Part shown: positions 33,422-42,942 of the stretch, piece by piece
Layout: each line of letters opens with the position of its first letter
Numbering within the stretch: position 1 is the first letter of the stretch
Assembly (NCBI GenBank): GCA_900552105.1
Contig: URYH01000002.1
Location: 10,652-74,651 of the forward strand
Direction: 5' to 3'
Length of the DNA stretch: 64,000 nt
Source of the DNA: an uncultured Eubacteriales bacterium
GTDB lineage: Bacteria > Bacillota > Clostridia > Christensenellales > UBA1242
Translations under genes and position numbers: made by a program
Notes under the pieces: model-generated
Database searches by the model: none
What the model was told of the DNA's origin: nothing
What the model saw: the letters and a program-made list of their open reading frames with translations, nothing else

Positions 33422-33450
33422 ATTATAACATAAGAAAAAGAATAATGCAA
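33422..33450 (-). promoter_or_regulatory. sigma-A-type promoter of the large ncRNA
   Basis: The minus strand reads TTGCAT (33445-33450) -17- TGtTATAAT, with the -10 hexamer at 33422-33427. The predicted start falls at or next to the GTGGAGA closing-helix strand. Confidence 0.6.
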
Positions 33451-33457
33451 ACAACTT

Positions 33458-33664
33458 TTAATTTGACATTTTATCTTCAACAAAACCATTCAAAGAGTCG
33501 CGAATTACTGTGATTTTGCCCTTTGCCCCGTCAAGTTGTTCAAAGCACGATTTGCAGAGTTCACTTCCTCTCTCAAAAAGCTTTATTCCTTCTTCGAGCG
33601 AAACTCCGCTTTCAAGTTTTGCTATAATTTGTTCCAATTCTTTTTGTTGTTCTTCAAAACTCAT
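33458..33664 (-). CDS. xseB: exodeoxyribonuclease VII small subunit
   Basis: 68 aa: FEEQQKELEQIIAKLESGVSLEEGIKLFERG. It overlaps the xseA stop by 4 nt. Confidence 0.9.
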   Translation of the reverse strand: MSFEEQQKELEQIIAKLESGVSLEEGIKLFERGSELCKSCFEQLDGAKGKITVIRDSLNGFVEDKMSN

Positions 33665-34854
33665 TTCTTTCTCCTTTCAACAAGTTGCACTTCTGACGCA
33701 ACCTTTCCGTCTTTAAAGTATGTTGTTAGTTTCTGTCCAACTTCAACGCCCTCAACGCTTTCAATCGCTTTCCCGTCAATTTCAACTTTTGCATAACCAC
33801 GTCCCAAAACTGCAACCGGATTCAACTTTTCAAGCGATTTTTGAAGAAGCCCCAAAGCATAGTTTTTGTCTGACAAATCCGTCAAAACAACACTTTGGAG
33901 TCTTGACATCATTGAAGTCAACCTTGTCTTTGCAATCGAAATCAACGCTTCGCCATCTTTTTCCAATCTCATGCAACGCATTTGAAAACTTCTTTGCTTG
34001 TCAACAACAAAACGCGTTGCGGCAATTTTTAGGTCTGTGAGATGTTTTTTCAAAAGTTCAATTTGAGCCATTTTGTTTTCGCAAACAAGTTCAGCTGCCG
34101 CCGATGGTGTCGGTGCACGCAAGTCAGACACAAAATCAATGATTGTGAAATCTGTTTCATGCCCCACCGCTGAAACGATTGGTTTTTGGCAAGCATAAGT
34201 TGCACGAGCAACAATTTCAGTGTTGTATGGTTGCAAATCTTCAATCGACCCACCACCACGTGCGACAATCACAACATCAACTCCTGGGTATTCACTAAAA
34301 AATTCAATTCCCTTCACAATTTCGTTTTCCGCTTTGTTGCCTTGAACTTTGACCGGATACAAAACAATGTTTATTTGCGGATTTCTTCTTGTTGAAACAT
34401 TTATGATGTCTTGAATAACCGCTCCGCCCTCACTTGTGACAACACCGATTGTTTTGACATTCTTTGGAATTGGTTTTTTATGTTCCGTTGCAAAAAGTCC
34501 TTCAATCTCAAGCTTTTGTTTGAGCTCCAAAAACTGTTTAAACAAAAGTCCTTGTCCATACGGCAAAATTTTTGTTGCATTAAAATTGAGTTTGCCGCCT
34601 TTAACATAATAGCGAGGCGTTCCCGTCACAACAACCGAATCACCATTTTTTATGTTTGCATATTTTGACGCACCAAAAAGGACACATGACAAAAGCGAAT
34701 TTTCATCTTTCAATGAAAAATAAGCAATATCCCGAGTGATTGAAAACCCAGATATTTCACCAACAACATCAATGTCATGCAACATTTCTTCTGCATCAAA
34801 AATGTTCTTTATATATGTTCCAACTTGACTAACAGTCAGCGCCTTTCTTTCCAT
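33661..34854 (-). CDS. xseA: exodeoxyribonuclease VII large subunit
   Basis: 397 aa with an N-terminal OB fold (LTVSQVGTYIKNIF), IGVVTSEGGAVIQDI, and ARGGGSIEDL. Confidence 0.93.
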   Translation of the reverse strand: MERKALTVSQVGTYIKNIFDAEEMLHDIDVVGEISGFSITRDIAYFSLKDENSLLSCVLFGASKYANIKNGDSVVVTGTPRYYVKGGKLNFNATKILPYGQGLLFKQFLELKQKLEIEGLFATEHKKPIPKNVKTIGVVTSEGGAVIQDIINVSTRRNPQINIVLYPVKVQGNKAENEIVKGIEFFSEYPGVDVVIVARGGGSIEDLQPYNTEIVARATYACQKPIVSAVGHETDFTIIDFVSDLRAPTPSAAAELVCENKMAQIELLKKHLTDLKIAATRFVVDKQRSFQMRCMRLEKDGEALISIAKTRLTSMMSRLQSVVLTDLSDKNYALGLLQKSLEKLNPVAVLGRGYAKVEIDGKAIESVEGVEVGQKLTTYFKDGKVASEVQLVERRKK

Positions 34855-35255
34855 TATGCCTCAACCAAAGCAGAAAGAACACCGTTAACAAACTTCGGAC
34901 TCTTTTCACTTGAAAACTTTTTCGCAAGTTCAACAACCTCGTTGATAACAACCCCCTTATCCACTTCGCCAACATATTTAATTTCAGTGAGTCCAAGCCC
35001 AATGAGCGCAAGATCAACGCGATAAATTCGCTCTGGCGCAAAGCCTGTCACCCTTTCATATATTGAGTTCAAAATTTGGTCTTTGTTTTTAATGAAAGAA
35101 TCAACAACTTTAACAACAAATTGCTTGTCTTCATCATTTAGAACATTTTCTTGCTCACAAAGAAGTTCGAGTGTTTGCTCATTTATTTCACACTCGTTTC
35201 TTGTCAAGATTTCAAATATCATTTCAAAACAAATTTCTCTTGCTAATTTTCTCAT
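34854..35255 (-). CDS. nusB: transcription antitermination factor NusB
   Basis: 133 aa containing INEVVELAKKFSSEKSPKFVNGVL. Confidence 0.9.
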   Translation of the reverse strand: MRKLAREICFEMIFEILTRNECEINEQTLELLCEQENVLNDEDKQFVVKVVDSFIKNKDQILNSIYERVTGFAPERIYRVDLALIGLGLTEIKYVGEVDKGVVINEVVELAKKFSSEKSPKFVNGVLSALVEA

Positions 35256-35306
35256 TTCCCTTCCTCAAGATAAAACAAAAGTGCATTTTTGAAAAATGCA
35301 CTAAAA

Positions 35307-35693
35307 TTATGCCAAGTTATAGGACTCTTCCTTTGTAAAGTCTACACCTATCACATGGACATTGACTTTTGCAGTTTTCATATCAATCATCGCAGCAATT
35401 CCGTTCTTTATGTTTTCTTGAACACGGAAAGCAACATCTGGAACGCTATATCCAAAATACACGCTGATATAAACGTCAACCAAAATTGCACCTGATTGAT
35501 TGAATTTTATTTTCACTCCCCCAAAAGAGTTTCTTTTGAACAATCTTTTGAACCAAGAATAGTTGTCATGCGACAAAGATGACACACCACTAATTTCTTT
35601 TGTCGCAAGATTGATGATTGACAAAAGAATGTTTTTGTTGCAAGTTATGCTACCTTTGTTTTGATATTCAACATCTATGTTATTATCTTTCAT
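35307..35693 (-). CDS. Asp23/Gls24-family envelope stress protein
   Basis: 128 aa with LSIINLATKEISGV and VNVHVIGV. It occupies the same position as B. subtilis yqhY, upstream of nusB. Confidence 0.8.
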   Translation of the reverse strand: MKDNNIDVEYQNKGSITCNKNILLSIINLATKEISGVSSLSHDNYSWFKRLFKRNSFGGVKIKFNQSGAILVDVYISVYFGYSVPDVAFRVQENIKNGIAAMIDMKTAKVNVHVIGVDFTKEESYNLA

Positions 35694-35739
35694 AATTTTC
35701 TCCGAGTTGTATTATAACACAGATATTTATTTTATGCAA

Positions 35740-36213
35740 TTATTCAACTGGAATAATTTTGATATTATCAATGTCTGCTTTTGTCTGTTCTTGAATGACA
35801 CTGACAATTTGAGCAACTTCTGATGCTTGAAGTTCAGCACTCTTCACAACAACATTAATGCTCCCAGATGAACTTGTGACGATGACATCGGCAAATCCTT
35901 TTGCTTTGATAAGATTTTCCATTGCAAGTTCTTTTTCCATTTGTGCAACAAGTTCCAAGCGTTTTGTTTCTGCTTCTTTTTTGTTCTCAGCACTTGTTGT
36001 TTCACTTGCGATAATCGCATCATAGTAAGCAATTTCTTGATTTCTTGTTGCTTGTCTGTCATCTCGATATGTTGCAAAGAATGACGCAGTTGTCATTGTT
36101 GTCCCAGATGTGTCAACAACCTTGTTATTAAGTGCGACATTAAGGTATGCCGTCACTCCCAAAAGCACGACCATGATGCCCAAAATCAAAAATTTTTTCT
36201 TTTTGCTCAGCAT
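35740..36213 (-). CDS. spoIIIAH: stage III sporulation protein AH
   Basis: 157 aa with an N-terminal TM and a YscJ/FliF-like C-terminal domain. It is the last gene of the spoIIIA operon. Confidence 0.75.
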   Translation of the reverse strand: MLSKKKKFLILGIMVVLLGVTAYLNVALNNKVVDTSGTTMTTASFFATYRDDRQATRNQEIAYYDAIIASETTSAENKKEAETKRLELVAQMEKELAMENLIKAKGFADVIVTSSSGSINVVVKSAELQASEVAQIVSVIQEQTKADIDNIKIIPVE

Positions 36214-36227
36214 AATAAAATCTCCTT

Positions 36228-36800
36228 TTATTTTTTATTTCCAACCAGTATTTCAATACTAGCGGTTGGCACATTAAGAACTGTTTGAGCGGCCCTTTGA
36301 AGCTCCAAGCGAACATTAACATCTTCCGCACCAGAACTCACAATCAGCACGCCTTTTATCGGAGGCAAAATTTCTTGGCAAATCAATGGTTGCTTTTCTC
36401 CGTTTATTTCAACAAGAATTGGCGAACTTGAAGTTTGCGAAGTTGAAGTTTCGGTTGCACCATTTGTCACCTTGTTTGTCTTTTGATTCTCATCAGTCGC
36501 ATAGATATAGGTCGGGCTTCCGTCAAATGTTATCATCACGCTCACAGTTCCAGCATTTTTCACATTTGATAACACTGAAGAAAGTTTTGATTCAAGTTCT
36601 TTTGTATACTCTGACAAACTTGTTTTTGCTGATGTTGAAATCACTTCTTCAGACGAGCCCTTTGACGGGAAAAAACTAAAATACACCAAGAGCGCAATCG
36701 CAAGAAGAACAACAATGGCAACTATTTCAAGATGCTTGATGCCTTTTATTTTTTGAAACAGTTTTGAATTTGAAAATATGCTTTTCTTTTCTTCACTCAT
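36228..36800 (-). CDS. spoIIIAG: stage III sporulation protein AG
   Basis: The C-terminus IKGVLIVSSGAEDVNVRLELQRAAQTVLNVPTASIEILV matches SpoIIIAG (IRGVLVVAQGVDNVQIK...VLDVPSHRVAV). I chose the start at 36800 (MSEEKK). The ORF is open to 36830. Confidence 0.85.
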   Translation of the reverse strand: MSEEKKSIFSNSKLFQKIKGIKHLEIVAIVVLLAIALLVYFSFFPSKGSSEEVISTSAKTSLSEYTKELESKLSSVLSNVKNAGTVSVMITFDGSPTYIYATDENQKTNKVTNGATETSTSQTSSSPILVEINGEKQPLICQEILPPIKGVLIVSSGAEDVNVRLELQRAAQTVLNVPTASIEILVGNKK

Positions 36801-37281
36801 TGAACACGATATTCTCCTCTTTGATATCAATATGTTTTTTGACCGTCTTTCTTATGATTTCATGAGTATTTATATGCTCAGTTTCCTCCGATATAACCAG
36901 TTCAAATAAATCGACAAAAACAGCCTCAATTTCCAGTTTTGAAGAAAAAATATTTGCCGACAAAAGAATCTTCACACCGTCAAGCCCCTGCTCTTTTAGT
37001 TCTTTTTCAATCTCGGCACTGATTGAGTCAAGCTTGTTTCGATTGAGTTGATAAATAAAATCTTCTTGAATGCCAATGTTGTCCCCCGCAATTATGCTAT
37101 CAAAATCAACCCCGCTTTTGACAATTTTGGGCAGTGGTGCAACAATAACAACAATAACAAAAAACGAGAAAATCGCTTTGATATACTTTCGCGTTTGCCC
37201 CTCAGGCAAAACGAGTTCCACCAACACCGAAAGAACACATATTCCCGCAATGGACAAAACCCACACTGAAAAACTGCTCAT
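36793..37281 (-). CDS. spoIIIAF: stage III sporulation protein AF
   Basis: 162 aa with two N-terminal TM segments, in the operon position. Confidence 0.75.
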   Translation of the reverse strand: MSSFSVWVLSIAGICVLSVLVELVLPEGQTRKYIKAIFSFFVIVVIVAPLPKIVKSGVDFDSIIAGDNIGIQEDFIYQLNRNKLDSISAEIEKELKEQGLDGVKILLSANIFSSKLEIEAVFVDLFELVISEETEHINTHEIIRKTVKKHIDIKEENIVFNE

Positions 37282-37290
37282 GACTTCTCC

Positions 37291-38478
37291 TTAAATGAAA
37301 TTCGCCGTTGCCATCAAAACACCAGCCGAAATGACATACATAAAACTAACGCCCAAGATCATGACAACAAGCATGCTCATTGTTTTGCTCACTCCCCCAA
37401 CAAAGTTTGCAATCTTTGAATCCGCAACCGGTTCAAGAATTGCAGCAGTAAGTTTGAGACACAAGATAAAAGCACAAATCTTGACAAGTGGCACAATGAT
37501 TGTCGCGAAAAGCAATATCATGCCGCTCACTCCAACCGCATTTTTCACGAGCATAGAACTGGTTAGAATCACATCAAGCCCGTCCGAGAGATAACCACCA
37601 AGCACTGGCACATAACTTTTTATTGCAAACTTTGCCGTCCGAAACGAAACTCCATCATGAGAATTTGCTGCAATTCCTTGAATTGATAAAAATGCCGTAA
37701 AAATTGTGAGAATAAATCCAATCGTATACTTGAAAAGTGAATTAAAAAACCCACTGAACTTGTTGAGTTTAACCGCATTCGTGAGATTTGATATGATTGA
37801 AAAAACAAAAGAGAAAATAAAAATCGGCATAACAAACTTTGTGAAAATTGCGATTATTCCACTTGTGAGAAGTGCAATGGTTGGTTGAAACAAAGACACC
37901 GAAACCGTCCCGCCAAGAGCGGTTATGAGTGTCAACAAAATGGGGAAGATTGCTTCCATTTGCGATTGCACCATAAGCATTGTTGAGGTCGTGAGTGACA
38001 CCATTGAAGCAACCACTTTGATAACCAAAACAACAATCACCGAAAAGCAAACAAAGTGAACAATATCTCCCACACTTTTGCCCGACACCCCACTTTTTAT
38101 GGCACAGATAAAGCCACATAAAATTCCAATCGCAACAATGGTCGTGAGAATTGGCAAAAACTCCAAAACATCTTCAAAAACAAGATTAATCAAAGCTGAA
38201 AAAATCGATGAGGCATCATTTGAATATTCGCCATTAATAATTTTTTCAACAACACCTCGAAAACTTGAGCCTCCAAAAAACTTGAAGTCATCGTCTTTTA
38301 TGTTTTTGAGAATGTTTTCAAGTGCGGACATATCAAGGTCATCAATTTGTCCGGAAACCTCTTCGCCAATTTCATCTTCAATCGTCTTATCCTCTTCAGC
38401 AAAGCAAGTCATTTTCACACCAAACATCATCAAGACGACCAAACACACACCAATCAAAACAAACAATTTTTTTCTCAT
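37291..38478 (-). CDS. spoIIIAE: stage III sporulation protein AE
   Basis: 395 aa with a signal peptide and multiple TM segments, in the operon position. Confidence 0.85.
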   Translation of the reverse strand: MRKKLFVLIGVCLVVLMMFGVKMTCFAEEDKTIEDEIGEEVSGQIDDLDMSALENILKNIKDDDFKFFGGSSFRGVVEKIINGEYSNDASSIFSALINLVFEDVLEFLPILTTIVAIGILCGFICAIKSGVSGKSVGDIVHFVCFSVIVVLVIKVVASMVSLTTSTMLMVQSQMEAIFPILLTLITALGGTVSVSLFQPTIALLTSGIIAIFTKFVMPIFIFSFVFSIISNLTNAVKLNKFSGFFNSLFKYTIGFILTIFTAFLSIQGIAANSHDGVSFRTAKFAIKSYVPVLGGYLSDGLDVILTSSMLVKNAVGVSGMILLFATIIVPLVKICAFILCLKLTAAILEPVADSKIANFVGGVSKTMSMLVVMILGVSFMYVISAGVLMATANFI

Positions 38479-38861
38479 GGCAACAACCCTATTATTATGT
38501 CAAGAATTGTCATGACGACTGGAAGCGACATCGACAAAATCACAATCTTTCCCGCCAGCAGCATCTTGTCCGCAAGTCCCGAGGAGCCACTATCAATACA
38601 CACATTTGAAGCAAATTCAGTCAAATATCCAATCCCAATAATTTTGAGCAAACAAACAAATAGATTGTTTGAAAGCCCGCTTTTTGTTGCAATTGTGGAA
38701 AACACATTCACAATATCAAGCAGCGTTGCAACAATCATAAAAACAATAATCAGCCCGCCCGCAATTCCCACAAAAATGCTGAGTTCTGGCTTTATTTGTT
38801 TGACAACCACAACAAGAATGCTTGTTATTATCCCAATTCCCAAAATCTTGAAAATATCCAC
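38475..38861 (-). CDS. spoIIIAD: stage III sporulation protein AD
   Basis: 128 aa, 4 TM, containing GIGYLTEFASNVCIDSG. Confidence 0.85.
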   Translation of the reverse strand: MDIFKILGIGIITSILVVVVKQIKPELSIFVGIAGGLIIVFMIVATLLDIVNVFSTIATKSGLSNNLFVCLLKIIGIGYLTEFASNVCIDSGSSGLADKMLLAGKIVILSMSLPVVMTILDIIIGLLP

Positions 38862-38868
38862 ACTCGCC

Positions 38869-39063
38869 TCACAAACTAAAAAGCGATTTTACAGTTTCAA
38901 AAAGATTGCTGATTAGGTTCACGACCATCAACAAAACAATAATAAGTCCCGCAAGAGTTGAAAGTGTTGCAATCTCTTCTTTGCCAGAATATTTTAGAAT
39001 TTGATTGACAATGGCGGTGATTATTCCAACCGCCGCAATTTTGAAAATTATTTCAACTCCCAT
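38869..39063 (-). CDS. spoIIIAC: stage III sporulation protein AC
   Basis: 64 aa, 2 TM: FKIAAVGIITAIVNQILKYSGKEE. Confidence 0.85.
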   Translation of the reverse strand: MGVEIIFKIAAVGIITAIVNQILKYSGKEEIATLSTLAGLIIVLLMVVNLISNLFETVKSLFSL

Positions 39064-39071
39064 ATTCCCTC

Positions 39072-39566
39072 CTAAATTATTAGAATCGCCACCATGAGTC
39101 CAAGCAAAAATGAAATTTTCACACTCATTTTTCCATATTTATTTTTGTCCTGCTGACAAGTCGCAGAGAGTGGCGATATGATGATTTTGAAATCGTCAAT
39201 AAGTTTTATTTCGTTGTCAGAGTCATGTCGCCCAAGCCTTGAAAAAAAATCAAATATAGTGGTTTTTTCCTCGTCTTTGAGAATCCAAATTCCACGAAAA
39301 AGCTGCTTGGTCGAAAATTCAACATCTTTGTTTTTGAGATATTCACAAAAGTTTGAAGAAAGCTTTTTAAGATTTCCATCAAGGTCAATATTCTGAAAAA
39401 TTGTCACCAAGTTTTTGCCAGAAAAATCAATGTCTGCCCGCAGTTTATCGCACAACAAAATCAAACCCGAAAAAAACTCATCTCTTTTTTTGTAGTAGTT
39501 TGAAACCCCACACCCAACATACAGAAAACCGCCAACAACAATAATCACAAGAAGAATTTTTATCAT
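39072..39566 (-). CDS. spoIIIAB: stage III sporulation protein AB
   Basis: 164 aa with N- and C-terminal TM segments, in the operon position. Confidence 0.75.
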   Translation of the reverse strand: MIKILLVIIVVGGFLYVGCGVSNYYKKRDEFFSGLILLCDKLRADIDFSGKNLVTIFQNIDLDGNLKKLSSNFCEYLKNKDVEFSTKQLFRGIWILKDEEKTTIFDFFSRLGRHDSDNEIKLIDDFKIIISPLSATCQQDKNKYGKMSVKISFLLGLMVAILII

Positions 39567-39573
39567 AGAAACC

Positions 39574-40497
39574 TCATGAAAAATGACTTATACGCCTAAA
39601 ATTTTCATCATAAATCCCCTCACACGTTCCAGGACCTTTTCTGTTGGAAAGAACAACAAATCTCTCAAAATATTTGTTTTCGACCAGTGGAGAAAAATCT
39701 TTTTTTCGTTTGAGCATTTCAATGCTGTCAGCATGAATTGACGACACAACTCCAACCCCGGAATTAATTGCACGAATCACCGCTTCAACATCATCACCTC
39801 CCGCAAGTTCATCTGTGACAATGAGGTTTGGCGAAAGCACTCTCACCCCATGATCAATCGCTCTCATTTTTGACGAAAAAGAAATGATGTCAGAAAAGTT
39901 TCCAATGTCAAACGCTTGTCCTTTGTCACTCATGCAAGCAATCTCACCACGTTCGTCAACAACAAGCACATTAAGACAATAATTCTTGTTTGAAAGTTGC
40001 TTGAGAAAATCTCGAAGAAAAGTTGTTTTGCCGCACCCTGGTGGCGACAAAACAAGCGTGTTTTTAATTCCACCAGAAGTCACAATGTCCGAAAATGCAT
40101 CAAGACAACAACCCCTGATTTCATGAGGGATTCTGATGTTTAAAGATGAAAAATCACGAATGGTTTTGATTTGATTATTTTCCATAACAATTGTTCCAGC
40201 AAGCCCAACGCGAACCCCATTTGCCGACATAACAAAACCCAGTTTGATTTGCTCATTAACGGAATAAATTGAACATTCACTCGCGCGATAAACAATGTCT
40301 TCAATCATTGTTTTTGATGCGACAACTGCATGATTCACATTATTCGTCAAACCATTTTCTGCCAAAAAAAATGCTTGACCGTTCATGAAAACAACAACGG
40401 GCTTGTCCATTCGAAAACGAATTTCGTTTAGAGTCGAATAGTTGATTTTTGTTTCAAAAACATCAACAAGTTTTGTTGGAAGAATATCTCTGAGCAT
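39574..40497 (-). CDS. spoIIIAA: stage III sporulation protein AA (ATPase)
   Basis: 307 aa with Walker A SPPGCGKTT and Walker B LIVTDE. It is the first gene of the operon. Confidence 0.9.
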   Translation of the reverse strand: MLRDILPTKLVDVFETKINYSTLNEIRFRMDKPVVVFMNGQAFFLAENGLTNNVNHAVVASKTMIEDIVYRASECSIYSVNEQIKLGFVMSANGVRVGLAGTIVMENNQIKTIRDFSSLNIRIPHEIRGCCLDAFSDIVTSGGIKNTLVLSPPGCGKTTFLRDFLKQLSNKNYCLNVLVVDERGEIACMSDKGQAFDIGNFSDIISFSSKMRAIDHGVRVLSPNLIVTDELAGGDDVEAVIRAINSGVGVVSSIHADSIEMLKRKKDFSPLVENKYFERFVVLSNRKGPGTCEGIYDENFRRISHFS

Positions 40498-40554
40498 TGT
40501 CCACCTCTTGAAATATCCTATTTTTTTGAGGTGGCGGTTATCACGAAAAATTCA

Positions 40555-40586
40555 ACAAAAAAAGAAGATGCAACAAAACATCTTCT
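40555..40586 (-). terminator. intrinsic terminator after efp
   Basis: The minus strand reads GAAGATG-N8-CATCTTC followed by T7. Confidence 0.7.
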
Positions 40587-40602
40587 TTTTCGACAATCAA
40601 AT

Positions 40603-41163
40603 TTATTTAACTCTTTCCATATAGGTTCCAGTTCTTGTGTCAACTCTGATTTTGTCGCCAAGGTTAACAAACAAAGGAACTTGGATTGAATAGCCTGTTT
40701 CCAAAACTGCTGGCTTGTTGCCTGCTTTTGATGTGTCACCTTGAACACCTGGTTCACACTCTGTGACTGTGAGTTCAACAAAGTTTGGTGGAACAACACT
40801 GAAAGCTTCGCCTTTGTAGAATTGGATTGTTGCTGTCATGTTCTCTGTGATGAATTGCAAAGCATCTTCAACTTGGTCATGGTTAAGTGGAATTTGTTCA
40901 TATGTTTCCATATCCATAAAGTAATAAATTCCGCCATCTGAATAAAGATATTGCATTTCTTTCTTTTCGATAACTGCAACTTGGAATTTGTCTGAAGGGT
41001 TGAAAGTTCTTTCAATCACTTGTCCTGTGACAACGTTTTTGATTTTTGCTCTTACAAATGGAGAACCTTTTCCTGGTTTGACATGCAAAAAGTCAACAAC
41101 CAAATAAACGTTTCCATCAAGTTCAAAAGTTACGCCTTTTCTAAAATCTCCTGCTGTAATCAT
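40603..41163 (-). CDS. efp: elongation factor P
   Basis: 186 aa: [10 protein letters not shown] and [17 protein letters not shown], which includes the modified Lys loop. Confidence 0.95.
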   Translation of the reverse strand: MITAGDFRKGVTFELDGNVYLVVDFLHVKPGKGSPFVRAKIKNVVTGQVIERTFNPSDKFQVAVIEKKEMQYLYSDGGIYYFMDMETYEQIPLNHDQVEDALQFITENMTATIQFYKGEAFSVVPPNFVELTVTECEPGVQGDTSKAGNKPAVLETGYSIQVPLFVNLGDKIRVDTRTGTYMERVK

Positions 41164-41228
41164 GTTAATTTCTCCTTTATACCTCTATTTATTATACAAA
41201 TTAAACTTCATTTGTCTAGTATTTTTTG

Positions 41229-42089
41229 TCACAAAATTTGTGTACTGTCATAAATTCCTTTCATAATGCGTGCATCTTCACTCATTTTTGTTGCCGACTC
41301 GCAAATGATGTGTGGATGCAAATTAAGTTTTTTGAGAGCATGAGCAAGCGGTTCAAATTCTGGTCCATAAAAATGGTCATCAAAATCCAAATGTTTGATC
41401 TCACCCTTTTCAGAAAACATAATTTTTGAAAAATGAATGTGGCAATTATCAACTTTTTCATAGCCAAGTTTGCCTATCGCATAAGACAAAATTCTTTCAA
41501 AATCTTCGCTTGACTTCAAACCTCCTTGCTCAATGCAATTAATGTGTCCAAAATCAAAACAAGGAATGAGCATATCGTCAATTTCACACAAATCAATAAT
41601 CTCCTCATAAGTCCCAATTTGTGTGTATTTTCCCATGGTTTCAATGCACATCTTGCAATCGCCAAACCCGTTTGTTTTAAGCATTTCAACACATTTTGGA
41701 ATTCTTCGTCGAACCAACGCAAGTGCTTCCTCACGTGTCAATTTTCCATTTGTTCCAATATGCACAACAACATGCTTTCCGCCAAAATGTCGCAGGTATT
41801 CAAAACTGGTCAGAACATATTTCAGCGACTTTTCAAACATTTCGTCACTTGGATTTGCAAAATTAATGTAATATGGCGCATGAACACTGATAAGCACGGC
41901 GTTTTCATTTCCCGCCTTTCCCAAAAGTTCAGCCTTGTCAAATCCCATTGTAAATCCTCTGCCAAACGAGTATTCATAAGCATTTAGTCCAATGCTTTTT
42001 AACCATTTTGGTGCATCAACACTCGACTTAAACCCCGCATCATAAAATGCCGCACCATTTCCAGAAGGTCCAAACCTTGTTTCTTCCAT
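41229..42089 (-). CDS. xylose-isomerase-like TIM-barrel protein (AP endonuclease family 2 / Nfo-like)
   Basis: About 286 aa with HAPYYINFANP, VVHIG and DFGHIN motifs. I chose the ATG at 42089 because it follows a GGAGGA RBS. Confidence 0.65.
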   Translation of the reverse strand: MEETRFGPSGNGAAFYDAGFKSSVDAPKWLKSIGLNAYEYSFGRGFTMGFDKAELLGKAGNENAVLISVHAPYYINFANPSDEMFEKSLKYVLTSFEYLRHFGGKHVVVHIGTNGKLTREEALALVRRRIPKCVEMLKTNGFGDCKMCIETMGKYTQIGTYEEIIDLCEIDDMLIPCFDFGHINCIEQGGLKSSEDFERILSYAIGKLGYEKVDNCHIHFSKIMFSEKGEIKHLDFDDHFYGPEFEPLAHALKKLNLHPHIICESATKMSEDARIMKGIYDSTQIL

Positions 42090-42090
42090 T

Positions 42091-42942
42091 CTATCCTCCA
42101 AAAAAGTTTCTTACAATTTTGTAATATCCGTTTTCAATTTTTGCAACGCCCCAAAACTCTTCGCCACAAAACAACTTGAAATTTCCGTCAACACTCTCAC
42201 TTGCCAAGACTTTTATTCCATTTTTGAGATTTGGCAAAAATTTTTCAGATATAAAAACACTCGGCAAGTCAATGAAATCTTGTGCAACAATAAGTTTTGT
42301 GTCCGCATTGATTTCACTCAAAACCAAAGCATCTTTCAAATCTTTTCCACAACATTTTGTGCGACTTATTGCACACATTGTGCCATATGTTGAGAGTTTG
42401 TCTGCAAAGTCACGACACAATGCTCTGATATAAGTCCCCTCTGAACACTCAATTTCAAATAAGAATGTGTTTTTTTCAAGTGGCGCAACAAGTTCAAATC
42501 GACTGATTGTTATATGCCTTGGAGAAAGTTTGACAACACCACCTGCACGTGCAATTTCATATGCTTTTTTGCCATTAATTTTTTTTGACGAAAACTGTGG
42601 CGGAATTTGGTCGAACTCACCAACAAACTCATTCAATGATGTTTTTATTTCTTCGACAGACACAACCTTGTCGTTTTTCGCAACAATTTTCCCTTCGCTA
42701 TCCAATGTGTCAGTTGAAACGCCAAACTTGAACACTGCTCGATATGTTTTTGTTTTGTTTGATGACATGTCAAAAAGTCTTGTCGCCCTTCCACAGAGAA
42801 CTGGCAAAAGCCCGCAACCCATTGGGTCGAGCGTGCCCATATGCCCCACCTTTTTCTCTCCAATTATTTTACCAACTTTTCGAACAAGTGTATTTGAGGT
42901 CATGCCAGTTGGTTTGTTGACCAAGATTACTCCGTTTGGCAT
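42091..42942 (-). CDS. truB: tRNA pseudouridine(55) synthase
   Basis: GVILVNKPTGMTS and GHMGTLDPMGCGLLPV (catalytic Asp). The start at 42942 follows an AAAGGAGA RBS. Confidence 0.93.
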   Translation of the reverse strand: MPNGVILVNKPTGMTSNTLVRKVGKIIGEKKVGHMGTLDPMGCGLLPVLCGRATRLFDMSSNKTKTYRAVFKFGVSTDTLDSEGKIVAKNDKVVSVEEIKTSLNEFVGEFDQIPPQFSSKKINGKKAYEIARAGGVVKLSPRHITISRFELVAPLEKNTFLFEIECSEGTYIRALCRDFADKLSTYGTMCAISRTKCCGKDLKDALVLSEINADTKLIVAQDFIDLPSVFISEKFLPNLKNGIKVLASESVDGNFKLFCGEEFWGVAKIENGYYKIVRNFFGG

